Below, one piece after another: positions 47,627 through 61,432 of a stretch of 64,000 nt of DNA. Made by a program: the position numbers and the translations under genes. The notes beneath the pieces were generated by a model, which searched no databases, was not told where the DNA came from, and worked only from the letters and a program-made list of their open reading frames with translations. Every line of letters begins with the position of its first letter. Position 1 is the first letter of the stretch. Origin of the DNA: Sphyrna mokarran (Eukaryota); contig JAGIQG010000040.1 of NCBI GenBank assembly GCA_024679065.1, positions 8,866,001 to 8,930,000 on the forward strand, in the 5' to 3' direction.

Positions 47627-50334
47627 ACCAATGTGTATTCCGTCTCTCTGGAATCAGACACTATTGGGCTTTAGATACAGGACTTAAAAGATGTAAGGCC
47701 CATAACACAGTGCTCACATCCCCGTTATTGTTCTAAATGCTGAGTTACGACAGTTGCGAACTTCCTGAAAGAGATAATGTAGTGATAGAGACTTCCAGCA
47801 TTGAAAGAGGCCCTTCGGCAATGTAACACCTATTTTATCGCATCCCATTTTGCAACAGCTGATTCGCTTCCTTGCATCCTATGTTTCAAGTGTTGATCCA
47901 AATGCTTCTTAAATGTGAGGGTTCTTTCTCCTGCCATATTTTCAGGCAGTGAGTTCTCAATTACCACCACTTTCTAGATTAACGAGTTTTTGTTTTGTTT
48001 GCTTTTTCTGCAAATCCCCTGAAAATATATCATTTTCCTATCCTTAGATCTATGCTCCTGGTTATTGACACCTCTACTAAGGAGAATGGTTATTTTCATC
48101 TGGTTTATCTATATCCCTCGTAGTTTGGAACAATCAGTGAAGTTCCTCTCATCCTTCTCCAAATTAAGGAAAGTAACCCCAGCCTATCCAGCCTCATTTC
48201 ATCGCCGCGAACTTCAGTCCTGGTAGCATCCTTAATATTCTTTCTAATACAGCAACAAATGTATGTGCAGTGAACCGAATCCTCGAATGTGTAATGAATT
48301 GAAGCTATTCTCCTCACTAAAGTAGTTCAGCACCGGTATCATCCTAACGAATCTGCACATGGTACACTAACCGTGGCATAATGGGAGTTTTATACAGCTC
48401 CAGCGGTTGCTTTTCATCAATGCTTCGGCTACTAAAGGCAAGTACGTTGGTTAGATAGATTGTTTTTTTTTTCTGGAGTGCAGGCGGCTAAGTAGTTATA
48501 TTAGAGAGGTCTATAAAGTAATATCGGGCACGTATCAGTTAGATAATACATATCATTTCCCACTGCACTGGTGTCTAAATCTAGACGGCATAGGTTTAAA
48601 GTGAGAAGGGAAAGATATAAGAGAGTGCAAAGGGACATTTTTTTTTCAGACAAAAGGTCGTGAATGTCTGGGACAAGATGCCAGAGCTAGTGGTACAGGC
48701 AGGTATAATTTTGTCTTTAAAAAAAACCCTATGGAAGTTACATGAGTAAGATGGTTATCGAGAGATATGGGCCTAACGCGGGCAATAGGGACCTTTTTAC
48801 TATTTTAAAATACGACATAGATATGTTGCGCCGAAGGACCTGCTTCTATGCTGTAAAACTCTGAGACTGAATGACGCTGTTTCATCTTTCTGATTCTCCG
48901 AGATACAGATTACAGATGAGTCAGCCTCCGATTTAAATGGATGAAGGAGATATCATGACGGTGGGTTATAAAATGCTGAGCAACTTATCAGGAATTATTA
49001 TTGCTCTATGTTTACTGAACGTAATTGTTTTTGAACTAATATGAGGGGGGAATGATCTATAAGAAAATCTGTAATTGATTTGTTAGTGATTTTCCACGTT
49101 AGATTCATTGGAAAGGAGCTGCCGCTGTATCCCAGGGATTCTTAACCCTTTTTGTCAACTCCGAACAGCTGCTTGTTGTGTTTCGGTTTTAAATAAATGT
49201 TCCATCCTTACAAAGAGATATCTGCCTCTTGAGTTTTACATTCTCTGTAGTTAAAAGACAGTATTGGTCACCTCAAATTATCCCATAACACTAGACATAA
49301 TTTGGACATTTGTAATCTATTGTATATTTATATGAAATACACCTCAATCTCTTGGTTTCACCTCATGGTTTTCGCCTCTGTTCTGTATGTATTCTGTGTC
49401 TAGCGTGCGGTATGCCTGCCTTGTAAGTATTTCATCGGACGATTTATAGAGACATTCACACTGTTAAGCCACACTGTAGCGACTCTGATAGTGTTTTTAA
49501 GAGGCATGATAAAGGAAACTATTTCCTGCCAAACACCATCCTGCATAGGCCGCTGATGAAGCGGAACCTTTGCTGTTTAGAATTACCTGAAACTCGGTCA
49601 GTTTCAGACCAGTTTATGAGTGAAATTACCGCGGTCTCCTCATTCTTCACTCATTCTGTCTCTGGATTTTATTTTTAAAAAGGCAGAGATGAAGGTGTTT
49701 TACACAGATTGGCCACTGGGTGACTGAATCAACCACATCCCGCCCATGACTGGGGGAACATGCCTGTCTGGGAAAGGGGGAGAAAACCCTATAATATGGG
49801 AAATGGAGTGGAGGTGATGGGTTTGAAGAACAAAATTAAGCCAAGCCAGAGATGGTTAAAGTTTTATTCAATATTTATTTTAAAAATTCAGAGAACATTT
49901 TACAGCAAAATTATTTTTTAAAGTCACGAAAGTGAACATAGCGATCGAGCTTGACGTTGAGAACAGAACACATGCAGAGGGAATCCATCAATATTTATAC
50001 CTATGTTCCATACACCAGAAAGAGAAAACAGGGCGTTCGTAGAATGAGGCATTAGGAAATGTGAATAAGGAATTAGAACAGTTTCTTACTTAGACATGAA
50101 ATTTAATTTACGGGAAAACTATTAATCACAATAATTACATTTATAACAAAAATATGTCATATATTTCACACGAAAAATTGAAATAAGGTCTACGATTGCT
50201 TCAGTTTCAGATTCAGAATAATAAACTGTATGAATTTTACTGATAAAGTCACCAAGAGGAGACATTATACATGAACCATACAGAGATCTTGCTAGTCAGC
50301 TGAGGCAAATCTGCAGCGTCCAAAGTTTAACCCA

Positions 50335-50343
50335 TCATTTGAT
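50335..50343 (-). CDS. IGHM: IgM TM2 exon (IK*), right copy
   Basis: ttacag|ATC AAA TGA on the - strand. Confidence 0.9.
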   Translation of the reverse strand: MK

Positions 50344-50481
50344 CTGTAAAATAATAATACGTAATGAAGCAGATGTTTGTGATGCGGGACATTAATGTTA
50401 CAGTTTTTAATCAGTGAAACATTGAGAGATTTTTAAATCCGTTCAGCCAGTTTCAAATGTGACCGAATTGAATAATCTCAC

Positions 50482-50609
50482 CTTCACCAGAGTGACTGCA
50501 GTGCTATAGAAAATGCTCAGGAAGAACAGGACGATGAATGTAGAAGCCGTTGTCCAGATGTTGTTGTTCTCAGCCTCATTGTCTTCAATCCAGATGTGGT
50601 CAGTGGGGT
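50482..50609 (-). CDS. IGHM: IgM TM1 exon, right copy
   Basis: (D)[42 protein letters not shown], 128 nt as in the left copy. Confidence 0.96.
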
Positions 50610-52517
50610 CTAAGAGGCGGAGACCAGAAATTGAAATTAGATTACTTTATTTATCTAGGGAATCTTATTGTTTTTTTTCTGTTCCTTGTTCTCCTTCATA
50701 AGCTGTTAATTTATTCTCTGTGTAAGTTTCAATGTCTATCTACTACTAAATTCAGGACACTCAAAAACTGATCTCCGTAACTATTTTCACAGTTTATCTT
50801 TACGTACATTCCTTGGACAGTCCATGTCAGGAAGCACTAAGATGTTTTCTTGACTATCCGTTCATTTTTGATCAATTTAGCACGAACCCTTTTTGAAGAA
50901 TGTTATGGCTGATATGGAGGAACATTCACTGATCAATGATTGTTTTCACAGATGGTTACTGATCTGTAAACTGTGAATGTTGCTGTTTAACAACTGGGAT
51001 ATAATTTCTCATCGTTTCTTATTTATGGTGGCAATAATTAGTAGATCACTAGCTTAATTTAGTTCCTCAACTTGTTTTTGGTCAAAAGTACATTGGGCGA
51101 GTTGTCGGTAGATATGCCCATTAAAATTCATGTTTAAATTTTACTTTCATATTTACCTACCATTTTTGTTAAGATTTTGCATTTATGTGCATGTGCTTGA
51201 GCATCTCGTGGTCTGCATTGATATTTGGCTCTGAGTTAATATATGTACAAGAGCGCTAATGTACACATTCATTTGCCTGTGTTTGTTGATTTGTGTAGTT
51301 GTGTGTCTGCATCTCTGTGCATATTTTTTTTCTTCTGTCATTATGTATGTATGATTATTACTGTGTTAATTTTATGTATAGGTGTTAATACTACTCTTAA
51401 TGGGTGCACACGTGTTTTTATCTATTACTATGTTGTAATTTCTGTCATTCTATTACTGCTTGTTTCCCTTTCTGTGTGTATCTGTTTCCCCATGTGTCTG
51501 TGTGTGTTCCTGTTAACATGTATGTATCTATATACGTGTTGACAGTTCTTTATAACGATATCTTGACATATGTTTGTGTTTCGACATGTAATAATGTGTG
51601 CTATGGTGTTCTGTTCTATATGAGCATGTTAATGTTTGTGTCTATATGTTTTGCTGTCAATTCATCTATGTGCAGTCTTCTTATTTGATTTTTTTTGCAT
51701 TTCCATATATGTCTGTTAATGTGTATAACATTGTGTATCTCTATATCCATATTCCTGTCAGCGTGAAAGTGTGTTATAAATAATTGAATATATATATTTC
51801 AGCAACTTATTTGATTTTTTATGTGTATGTGTGTGTGTTTATGTATTTATGTGGGTTGCATGCATGTGCCTGTATTGTGTCTATACATGTCTGTGTTTGT
51901 GTTTGGTCTGTGTACCGATTCACCTAAGTATATGAACTTGTGTGTTTTATGTGTATATGTGTGTGTGTTTGTATGTATTTGATTATGAACGTTTGTTCTT
52001 TTTTAGTGCCAGTTTGTATAAGCACGAGTCGATATATTCGTGTGTGTATGCATACGCCTACAAATGTATTTCTAATTGTGACAGTTTTGTGTAGTATTGT
52101 CAGTGTGTTTATTTTTTAACTGTTGCTTCAAGTTTCACGGACAATCATTAATCCTACGTGATCCAAGCAATCCGAGTGATGGAGTATATTTTAGAGTTTT
52201 GCTCTTTAAATTTATTTTATGTGTTGGACATAATGATATCAGTGTGTCTATATAATCGTTAACTGAATGTGATCCAAACAATCCGAGTAATGGAGCATAT
52301 TTTCGGAGTTTGCTGTTTAAATGTGAAGGGCACGGTGATGTGAAGAGAGCGACTGAAATAATTCATTGATGCATCTCAGAAACCTCAGTAACAGAACAGT
52401 GAAATCCGGGTAGGATTGAAATATGTGTTTAAATTTGTATTATGGGAAATCGATGTCAGCACATGGCTAACAGGAACAAGAGTGTTGAAACATTTTTGAA
52501 TTATGTTGCATATGTAT

Positions 52518-52573
<56 letters not shown>

Positions 52574-53123
52574 ATACTTGAAGGATACTTTGGTCATGAA
52601 AGTGATTCTTCAAAATCTATGGCAAGTAAACCGGAAACTAATTTGTACTGTTGGCAACTGGGTCCTTACAGTAAAGAGTCATTGCCTTCCAAACACGCTA
52701 CGTGGAGAGAGGGAGGAGAGTGAGCTCAGTGTTTACCTCTCTCTATCCGGTAATGCAATGTCTTTGATGGTTCTAACCACTCAGGAGGTGAAGGTAGAGT
52801 GGATTAAATAATGACATTCTTCCTCATTTCATTGAGGAAGTGGTGGGACATGGGTTAGCTATTGCCCCCCCCTCTCTTTGTTGGGTGAGTAGGAAGCCAG
52901 TATGTTAACAATTGCTCCTCCCTCTCTCTGATGGGGGGATAGTTGCTCCATGTTTCTGTGTGACACTCACTTCAGTGGGTGTGGTGCAGCAGCTGAAAGC
53001 TGTCATCAATGGATAAAGGAATGAACAATGAGAGAAACAGGAACACCGAAATCTAAATGTTATGTTTGTCAGAATTGTTGAAATTATCATATCTCTCTTC
53101 AGTGGGAGGAAAGACTATGAAGA

Positions 53124-54306
53124 CGGCGGTTGATGTAGTATATATGGACTTTAGTAAGGCTTTTGATAAGGTGGCCCATGGAAGACTTCTACAGAAAATG
53201 CAGATGTGTGGAATAGAGGGTGATTTAGCTAATTGGATTAGAAATTGGCTGGCAGATAGAAGACAGAGGGTGGTGGTTGATGGGAGATATTCATCGTGGA
53301 GTTCGGTGACGAGTGGTGTGCCTCAGGGGTCTGTTTTGGGGCCCCTGCTGTTTGTAATTTTATAAATGATCTGGATGAGGGTATTGAGGGATGGATCAGT
53401 AAATTTGCAGATGATACTAAAGTTGGTGGTGTGGTAGATAGTGAAGAGGGGTGTTTTAGTTTACAGAGTGACTTGGACAAGTTGCAGAGCTGGGCCGAGA
53501 GGTGGCAAATGGAGTTTAATGTGGAAAAGTGTGAGGTAATGCACTTTGGCAGGAACAATAAATGTGTAGAGTATAGGGCTAATGGTAGGGCTCTTAATAG
53601 TGTTGAGGAACAGAAGGATCTTGGTGTATGTGTCAATAGATCCCTGAAAGTAGGCAGTCAAGTGGATGAAGTTGTTAAGAAGGCTTATGGAGTCTTAGCT
53701 TTTATTGGTAGGGGGATTGAATTTAGGAGCCGCAGCATCATGTTGCAGCTGTACAAAACTCTAGTGCGGCCGCACTTGGAGTATTGTGTGCAGTTCTGGT
53801 CGCCACATTATAAGAAAGATGTGGAGGCATTGGAGAGGGTACAGAGGAGGTTTACTAGGATGTTGCCTGGTATGGAGGGCAGGTCCTATGAAGAGAGGTT
53901 GAAGGATTTGAGGTTGTTTTCGTTAGAAAGGAGGCGGCTAAGAGGGGATCTTATTGAAGCATATAAGATGATTAGAGGTTTAGATAGGGTGGACAGTGAT
54001 AGCCTTTTTCCTAGGATGGAGAAAGCTAGCACGAGGGGACACAGCTTTAAATTAAGGGGTATGAGTTATAGGACGGATATCAGAGGTAGGTTCTTTACTC
54101 AAAGAGTGATTAGGGAGTGGAATGCCCTGCCTGCAGCTGTTGTAGATGCGCCAAGTTTGGTGGCGTTTAAGAGGTTAGTTGATAAGTATATGGATGAGAA
54201 GGGAATGGTTTAGTTAGGAGGGGCATTGCTTTTTATTTTGGTCGGCACAACATCGAAGGCCGAAGGGCCTGTTCTGTGCTGTATTGTTCTATGTTCTATG
54301 TTCTAT
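53124..54306 (+). mobile_element. Young CR1 RT/3' fragment, right arm only
   Basis: [20 protein letters not shown], (ttctatg)n tail; flanked by aaga/aaga; empty site at ~23108. Confidence 0.95.
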
Positions 54307-54543
54307 TAAGATATTTTCCTGAATCCTGTAATGATGTGTTTAATTTGTTTTGTATCTGGGTGTATCTGAGCAGAGCGCACAGGTTCAGCAAGATTTAGTT
54401 CCGAGGCATGAAAATATCTGACTCAAACTAAAAATTTATAACGGAAGTAAAAATGAAAAGCAACCAATTAAATAATTGGGTATTTCATTTGTCATTAGAG
54501 GAAAAGATTTTTTATTGAAGTATTTAATGTAAGCGAGTGATTC

Positions 54544-54935
54544 TCATTGACAGGAATTAACAGTGTCCATCAGTGCAAGGGAAATGTTCACAAAACTTGG
54601 TTTACCGCTGGATTTGTCAACTGTTCTGTTGATGATCTTCAAGGGGATGGCTTCATGTCCCACCACACAGGAGTAAGAAGCGCCGCTGGACCATTCCTCT
54701 GCTGCAATGGATAACAGGCTGTACATGAAGAAGGAGTTATTGCCGTTCTCCGCCACCACCGCGGTGTTCCTGTAGTTCCTGGGATTCACCGGCTTGTCGT
54801 TGACGGTCCACTTGACAAAGATCTCTCGGGGGGAGAAACCTCTCACTAAGCAGCTGAGGGAGACGAATCTCTGAGCGGAGACTTCTTCTGCCGAGGGCAG
54901 GAGGACAGAGACCAACGGTTCCCGTGGATTTGGAT
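54544..54935 (-). CDS. IGHM: Cmu4 exon plus secretory tailpiece, right copy (intact)
   Basis: ...[24 protein letters not shown], 392 nt as in the left copy. Confidence 0.96.
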
Positions 54936-56936
54936 CTGCAGAAAATGTACAATAAATGTCAATAAACTGGACAATTCTGGAGACAATGAAACCGCTAGTT
55001 AGATATCAGGGAAATATGCTGCAATTTCAATTTTAGAACATAAGAACACAAGAAATAGGAGCAGGAGTAGGCCATCTAGACCCCCAAGCCTGCCCCGCCA
55101 TTCAATAAGATCATGGCTGATCTGAAGTGGTTCAGTTCCACTTACTCACTTTCTCCCCTTAACTCTTACTTCCCCTGAATATCATAAACGTATCTACCCG
55201 TGACTTAAATATAATTAGCGAGGAAGCTTCCACCACTTCAACAGGCAGAAAATTTCCGGAGACTCACCAGCCTTTGAGTGAAGAAGTTCCTCCTCAACTC
55301 TGATCTAACCCCCCTTATTTTGAGGCTGTGCCCTCTAATTCTGCTCTCCTCTCTACCTCTCCCCCATCCATCCCCTTCATTATCTTATATGTCTCTATAA
55401 GATCCGCCCCCCCCGCGCAACCTTCTAAATTCCAATCAGTACAAACCTAGCGTGCTCAATCTCTCCTCACAGGCTAACCCCCTCATCTCCGGTATCAGCC
55501 TAGCGAACCTTCTCTGCATTTCCTCCAAGGCCAATATATCCTTCCACAAATGCGGCGACCAAAACAGCAAACAGCCTCCACAGCACCAGCTACAATTGCA
55601 ATAAGACCTCTCTACTTTTATATTCTATCCCCCTCGCTATAAAGGCCAACATCCCATTCGCCTTTTTGTTGATCAAACCGTTCTTTTCTACGTGCCTCGC
55701 TATTTCTTCTTTAATGACGGATTCGAGCATTTTGCTGACTGCAAAACTTTAACCTAACCGGCCTATATTTCCCTGCCTTTTGACTGCTACCTTTTTTTAA
55801 ACAGCGTTTACATTTTAAACATTTCTATTTTTGACTTCCACTTGGAGGATAGGTGGATACAATTATTTTCTCAAATAACTCGGGGGGGGGACTGGAAAGT
55901 TTCAGAAAGTTTACAGCACAGAATCAGGCCATTCGGCCCAACTGATCTACTCTTCTTTTTTGGTTTTCTGGTTTTTATGCTCCACATCAGGCTCCGCGCT
56001 TCTTCTTTGATCTATACTCAATAATATCGCCTTCAGTTCACATTTCATTCGTCAACACGTCAAACGTCCCCGTAAAAATATCAATTGGCCCAGAAACTTT
56101 TAGTTCAGGGGAGACCATTAATGCATTGAATACTAAACATTGACCAGTACATTTCCACTGGGGATAGACACAGTGATGCAATTACATAGAAACATAGAAC
56201 AATACAGCACAGTACAGGCCCTTTGGCCTTCAGTGTTGTGCCAAGCTATGCTCAATCCCAAGATCAAACTATCCCACTCCCTATCATCCTGGAGTGCCCA
56301 ATGTGCCTATCCAATAACCGCTTGAAAGTTCCTAAAGTGTCCGACTCTATTATCACAGCAAGCAGTGCATTCCACACCCCAACCACTCTCTGAGTGAAGA
56401 ATCTACCTCGGACATCCCTCCTACATCTTCCACCATGAACCTTACAGTTATGCCCCCTAATAACAGCTACATCCACCCAAGGAAATAGTCTCTGCACGTC
56501 CACTCTATTAATTCCTCTCATCATCTTATAAACCTCTATTAAATTCGTCTCTCATCTTCCTCCACTCTAAAGAGAAAAGCCGCAGCTCCCTCAATCTTTC
56601 CTCATAAGACCTACCCTCCAAACCAGGCAGCATCCTGGGAAATCTCCTCTGCACTCTCTCGAATCCTTCCACATCCTTCTTATAGTGAGGTTACCAGAAG
56701 TGAACACAATATTCCAAATGTGGTCTCACCAAGTTCCGATATAGTTGCAGCGTAACCCCTCAGCTCTCAAACTCAAACTCCCTGTTCATAAACGCTAACA
56801 CACTATAAGCCTTCTTCACGGCTCTATTCACTTGAGTGGCAACCTTCAGAATCTGGGGATATGAATCCCAAGATCTCTCTGTTCCTCAGAACGCTGTCGT
56901 TGACCCTACATTTATTGTCTCAATCTCTCAGCTCAC

Positions 56937-57245
56937 CTGTTTCCTTGTGGATAGATGTTCTTAAAGGAGTCGGCAGATCCTGATGGCTCACCACGCACTC
57001 AAACACAACCGCGCTCAGCCAGGCTTGTGTAGAGGTGTTTAATTTGCTCATCACGCTGTCAGGATCTGCTCCTGGAATTTCGGCAATCTCTGATTTCACA
57101 TAATTCTTGTCTTGGATCCATGACACGTTAACTCCATAAGGAGCATTAGAAATGATGCAGGTTAAAGTCACAGTCGCCTCCAGTAAGACCTGCTCTGTTG
57201 GTGGTGGCTGTATCGTCACTGCGGCATCATGGCACTGGGAAGGAT
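56937..57245 (-). CDS. IGHM: Cmu3 exon, right copy (intact)
   Basis: 309 nt, both domain Cys and the Trp present, ag/gt boundaries. Confidence 0.94.
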
Positions 57246-58151
57246 CTGTGAATGAAGAATGAAAACGAACTCGAGTTCCCCTTCAGCAGGACAACAGCTT
57301 AAGCCTGAAGAAGACGAAGTCGCCTTCAATATATCAGTCTCTAACTATCATCTTTCACCTTCCATGGCGAATAGATAACCAACTTGCTCTATGAAATTAT
57401 TCCCTGTATTGAATACTGTGGCATCGGTACCATTTCCATGAATCAGCATTGCAGAATTCCCAAATAAATAAACAATCTTGAACTCAGGGATAAAGCACTA
57501 ATCGTTAGCTTATAAATAGGGTGGATGCATTTTCCAATATTTTACCCCTATGCTGTGACCTATGAAACAGTCCGATACCGACTGTCTCTTCAAATCTTAC
57601 CAGCTGTCTGTGGAAAATGCTGACATCAAGGCCATCTCGCACACTATATTACTGCAAACTGGAAGGGAGCTCTCTTTCAATGGGAGGCAATGGCATATAC
57701 TGTTGTCAGTGAACTTGTAACCTAGGGCAAGACTCTGGGGGTGCAGATTGGAATCTCATCATTGCAAATATGAAATTTGAATTTTATAAAATATCTGTAA
57801 TTAAAAGTGGAAATGGTTATCATGAAGCTATTGCTGTCAAATCCCTCCTAGTTCACGATGCTCCTTAGAAAATGTACCTGCTGTTTTTATCTGGCCTGGC
57901 ATGCATGTGACTCCAGATTTACAGCAAAGTGGTTGACACTTTAGTCAGGTTTGGGAAATAAATGCACATCTGATGAAGGAATAACAAGAAGTTGCGTTTC
58001 GGATGAAATTCTGAACGAGGGATTGTCCTAATGCAACAAACTGCATGACAATAACTTAGAAGTTGTTCTATGTTTTGTACCAACTGTAATAGATCCCTAA
58101 TTCCGATTAACATTGGAATGATATATTTCGTCCTCTGTTTGAGTCGCTTAC

Positions 58152-58455
58152 ACTGAGATGCGCTGATGTTCTGACTCTGGGTGAATCCTTGATGAGTAAC
58201 CTGGCAGGTATAGACCGCTTTCGTGAACCATTCCCCAGAGGACACTGTCAGCCGACTGCTGGCCGAGAAATTCCCGTTCGCTTCACAGGCGGGAGAGGTG
58301 ACAACTCCTGAATCCATGGGTTGTCCATTCTTCAGCCACTTCACTGTCATTGGCTTTGGCTGGAAATCGATGATTGATGGTTGTTAATTTGCTGCTCGAG
58401 ATTTCTTCACTGGAACTCACGGTGAGGATAACAGTTGGATGGATATCAGGCTGAC
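58152..58455 (-). pseudogene. IGHM: Cmu2 exon, right copy; 8-nt deletion removes the first domain Cys and shifts the frame
   Basis: accatc[gcctgttc]aatcatcgat deleted at ~58375; 304 nt versus 312 nt; the shifted frame stops within the exon. Confidence 0.92.
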
Positions 58456-58662
58456 CTTCAGGGGAAAAACATATTTGTCATTTCCAGCAGAAGATGTAGA
58501 TCAATAAAACTATTGTCTTCATTAGTAACTCATTTGTAGTCAATAGGCGCTAATTGGACCAATCCTCAGGGCCGGATTATGCACATCAATTAAACGAGTT
58601 ATAACCAAAACCTATATCTTAACCTCAGTGTTTCTCTTTTACACAAGCTGCACAACACTTAC

Positions 58663-58962
58663 ATAGCATTTCAACGCTCTTGACCGAGTTGATATGTCGA
58701 ACCTCACAGTCAATTTTGGGACATGCTCCCGATGAGTCGCTGATGGTTAACTGACTGCTCAGGGTGTAGGTTCCCTTCGTGTTTCTCACTGACGGGTAAG
58801 TCTTAAACCCAGTGGTGATCTGCTGCCCATCTTTCTTCCAGGTCAGTTTAGAGACATCTGGAGAGTAATCCATCGACAAACATCCGTAGGTGATGCAGTC
58901 GTCAGAATTTTGTTGTTGACAGGAGGAGACCAGGCTGTAGAGAGTGGGCGGAGACGGTGTCA
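58663..58962 (-). CDS. IGHM: Cmu1 exon, right copy (intact)
   Basis: [17 protein letters not shown]...[11 protein letters not shown]...KIDCEVRH...VEML, 300 nt, ag/gt boundaries. Confidence 0.94.
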
Positions 58963-60792
58963 CTGGGAAACGATAACCAATTGAATAAGTTAGACTCTCA
59001 TTAGTGTTTATTTAGTCAACAAACATGTTGCAACGAATAGGTTTCTATATTAGATATAGCACTTGGTGTTAAAGTAATGAATGGATATGGGTAGTAGATA
59101 GGATCAGGATATTGATGAACTCTGACCGAAGTGAATGGCAGAGTAGGCTTAAAGGGCCGAATGGCCTACTCCAGCTTCTATTTCCTATGCTTCTATCTCG
59201 AACATTGATTAGAATTGTGATTTTGTTCCGAGTATTTCCCGATTAAATCTTCCATCCATCTTTGAGATAATGTTACTTCTATCATTTGAGAATCGTCATC
59301 TCTGTAGAAACTTATATCCCTGTCTCCACCTCTATCAAATTCAGAAGAAAAAAAAAAGACATTCTTATAGTCTCAAAATGACATGTCACTCAGTGGATTA
59401 ACAAACAAGAGCAAAGATTTTCTGCATTATTGAAGCAACTATTCATTTTCCAAACCACAACACTTTGTGATGAAGAAGTTGTCTCTTCATTCATACCATC
59501 CATTCACCCGATGACAGAGCTCCAAAAGCTTGTGATTCCAAATAAATCTGTTAGACTTTAACCTAGTGTTGGGAGACTCCTTACAGTGTCCACACCAACC
59601 TAACACCGGCATCTCCACACCAGTTTTGGAAATTGCCTGTGTTCATACTGATTGATGCTCCTTCCTCCCTCCAATTCACTGCATCTCAGTCCACTAAACG
59701 AACATTAGTTACTTTGCTTCCAAAATACCTTCGGATTGAATACTTACTGAATGATCAGGTAACTCTAAATGTGATTACAGATTCAAATAAATGCAACATT
59801 GAAGGATCATACACTAATAGCAAGAGTTGGCCATTTGGGCCCTGAAGTCTCCTCCATCATTCACTGAGATTACATATATGCTGATTGTGGTGCTTGCTCT
59901 ATTTTGAACCCCCTCACCCCGCCCATCCATCACTCGCTCTCTGCCCATTTTGCCCGACCCTTTGCCCTTCCCACTAGTTCACTGACTGTTACCCCTGTCT
60001 CTCCAGCCCTTTCTCCTGGGCTCTCTGCCTTGTCCCTCGGCTCTCTGGCCTTTCTCCTGCCTCCCTGCCCTTTCTTGTGCCTTCTTCCCCTTTCTCCTGG
60101 TTCTCTCCACTTTCAGTGGTGTGTCTGCCCTTTTCCCTTGCTTCTTACCCTTTCTCCTCTCTCTCCGCTCTTTTCCACCTTGTTCCCCGGCTGTGTGCCC
60201 TTTTCTCTGCACTTCCCCCAGATCTCTATTGTTTCCCCTGGCTCTCTGTCCTCCCCCCACCCACCCTTTGCTCCCTGCCTTTTCCCACGCCTCCTGTTCT
60301 CCCTTGACTCTTTGCCCCGAGCCCTCAGCGATTCCCTCCAGCTCTCTGTACTTTCAGGGCATCTCCCAAATTTAAACACCAAAATGCCACTTGAGACCTT
60401 TCTTCTCTTTCGTTGCACACAGATTCGGTGAGTGTGAGTGAGCGAATGTGAGTGCGTGAGGGTGAGCGATTGAATGAATGAGAGTGGATGAGTGATGCTG
60501 TGTGAGTGATGGAAAGTAGGTAAATGAGGTGAGTGAGTGAAGTTCATTGAGCGAGGATGAGTGATTGAGGGTGAGTAAGTGTGGGTGATGGTGAGACAGC
60601 ACGAGTAAATGAGGGTGTGAGAGACAGGATGGGTGAGTGAAGGTGGCTGAATGTGTGAGTGAAGGTGGGCGAGAGAGAGTCGGTGAGCGAGATTGAAACA
60701 AACAGTGTGAGTGAGTGAGGATGCGTGAAGGTTAGTGCAGATAGGTGATTGCGAGTGAGTGAATGAAGGTGAGAGAGTGACTGAGTCAGAGT

Positions 60793-61432
60793 ACAAGAAC
60801 AAAGAAAAACACAGCACGGGAAACAGGCCCTTCAGCCCAGCGAGCCCGCGCCGCCGTCCTAACGTCTTAATGACATATAGAGACCAATATAGGGACAATT
60901 TGTTACCCAATCAGCCTAAGAGCACATTTTTGTGATGTGGGAGGAAACCGGAGCATCCGGAGAAAACCCACGCAACCACGGGGAGAATGTGCAAACTCCC
61001 GCAGACACAGGCCCAAATCCATGTGTCTGCACAGCAACAGCGATAGTCTCTGAGGTGTCATGTTGCCCATCTGATGGTCCAGTTTAAGCATACGCTAACG
61101 ACATGAAGCACTAGGCCACTCCTGAAGTAACATCCAAGAGCAGCCCTCGCACGACCTGCCGAATGCATGCACCTTGTTGGTCAACAAGATGGACCGAATA
61201 GCCTGTGGAAACAAATAAAGTATTTAAACAGTCCTCCTATATCCCTCTATCTGCAGACCGCTCATGTGGCTGTCCAAGAGACCCTTAAACAACCCTAGCG
61301 TGCCTGCTCCCACCACCTTACTCGGTAGTGCATTCCACACCCCCACTACCCTTTGTGTGAAAAAATGCCCTCTAATATTCGTCTTATACATAGTGCCCCT
61401 CACCCTAAGGCCCTCGTTCTATCCGATTCTAA
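60793..61432 (-). mobile_element. CR1 3' end with embedded V-SINE-like segment, right arm only, 5-bp target duplication
   Basis: agagt at 60788-60792 and 61433-61437; empty site at ~15695; colinear with 3468-4210. Confidence 0.85.
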
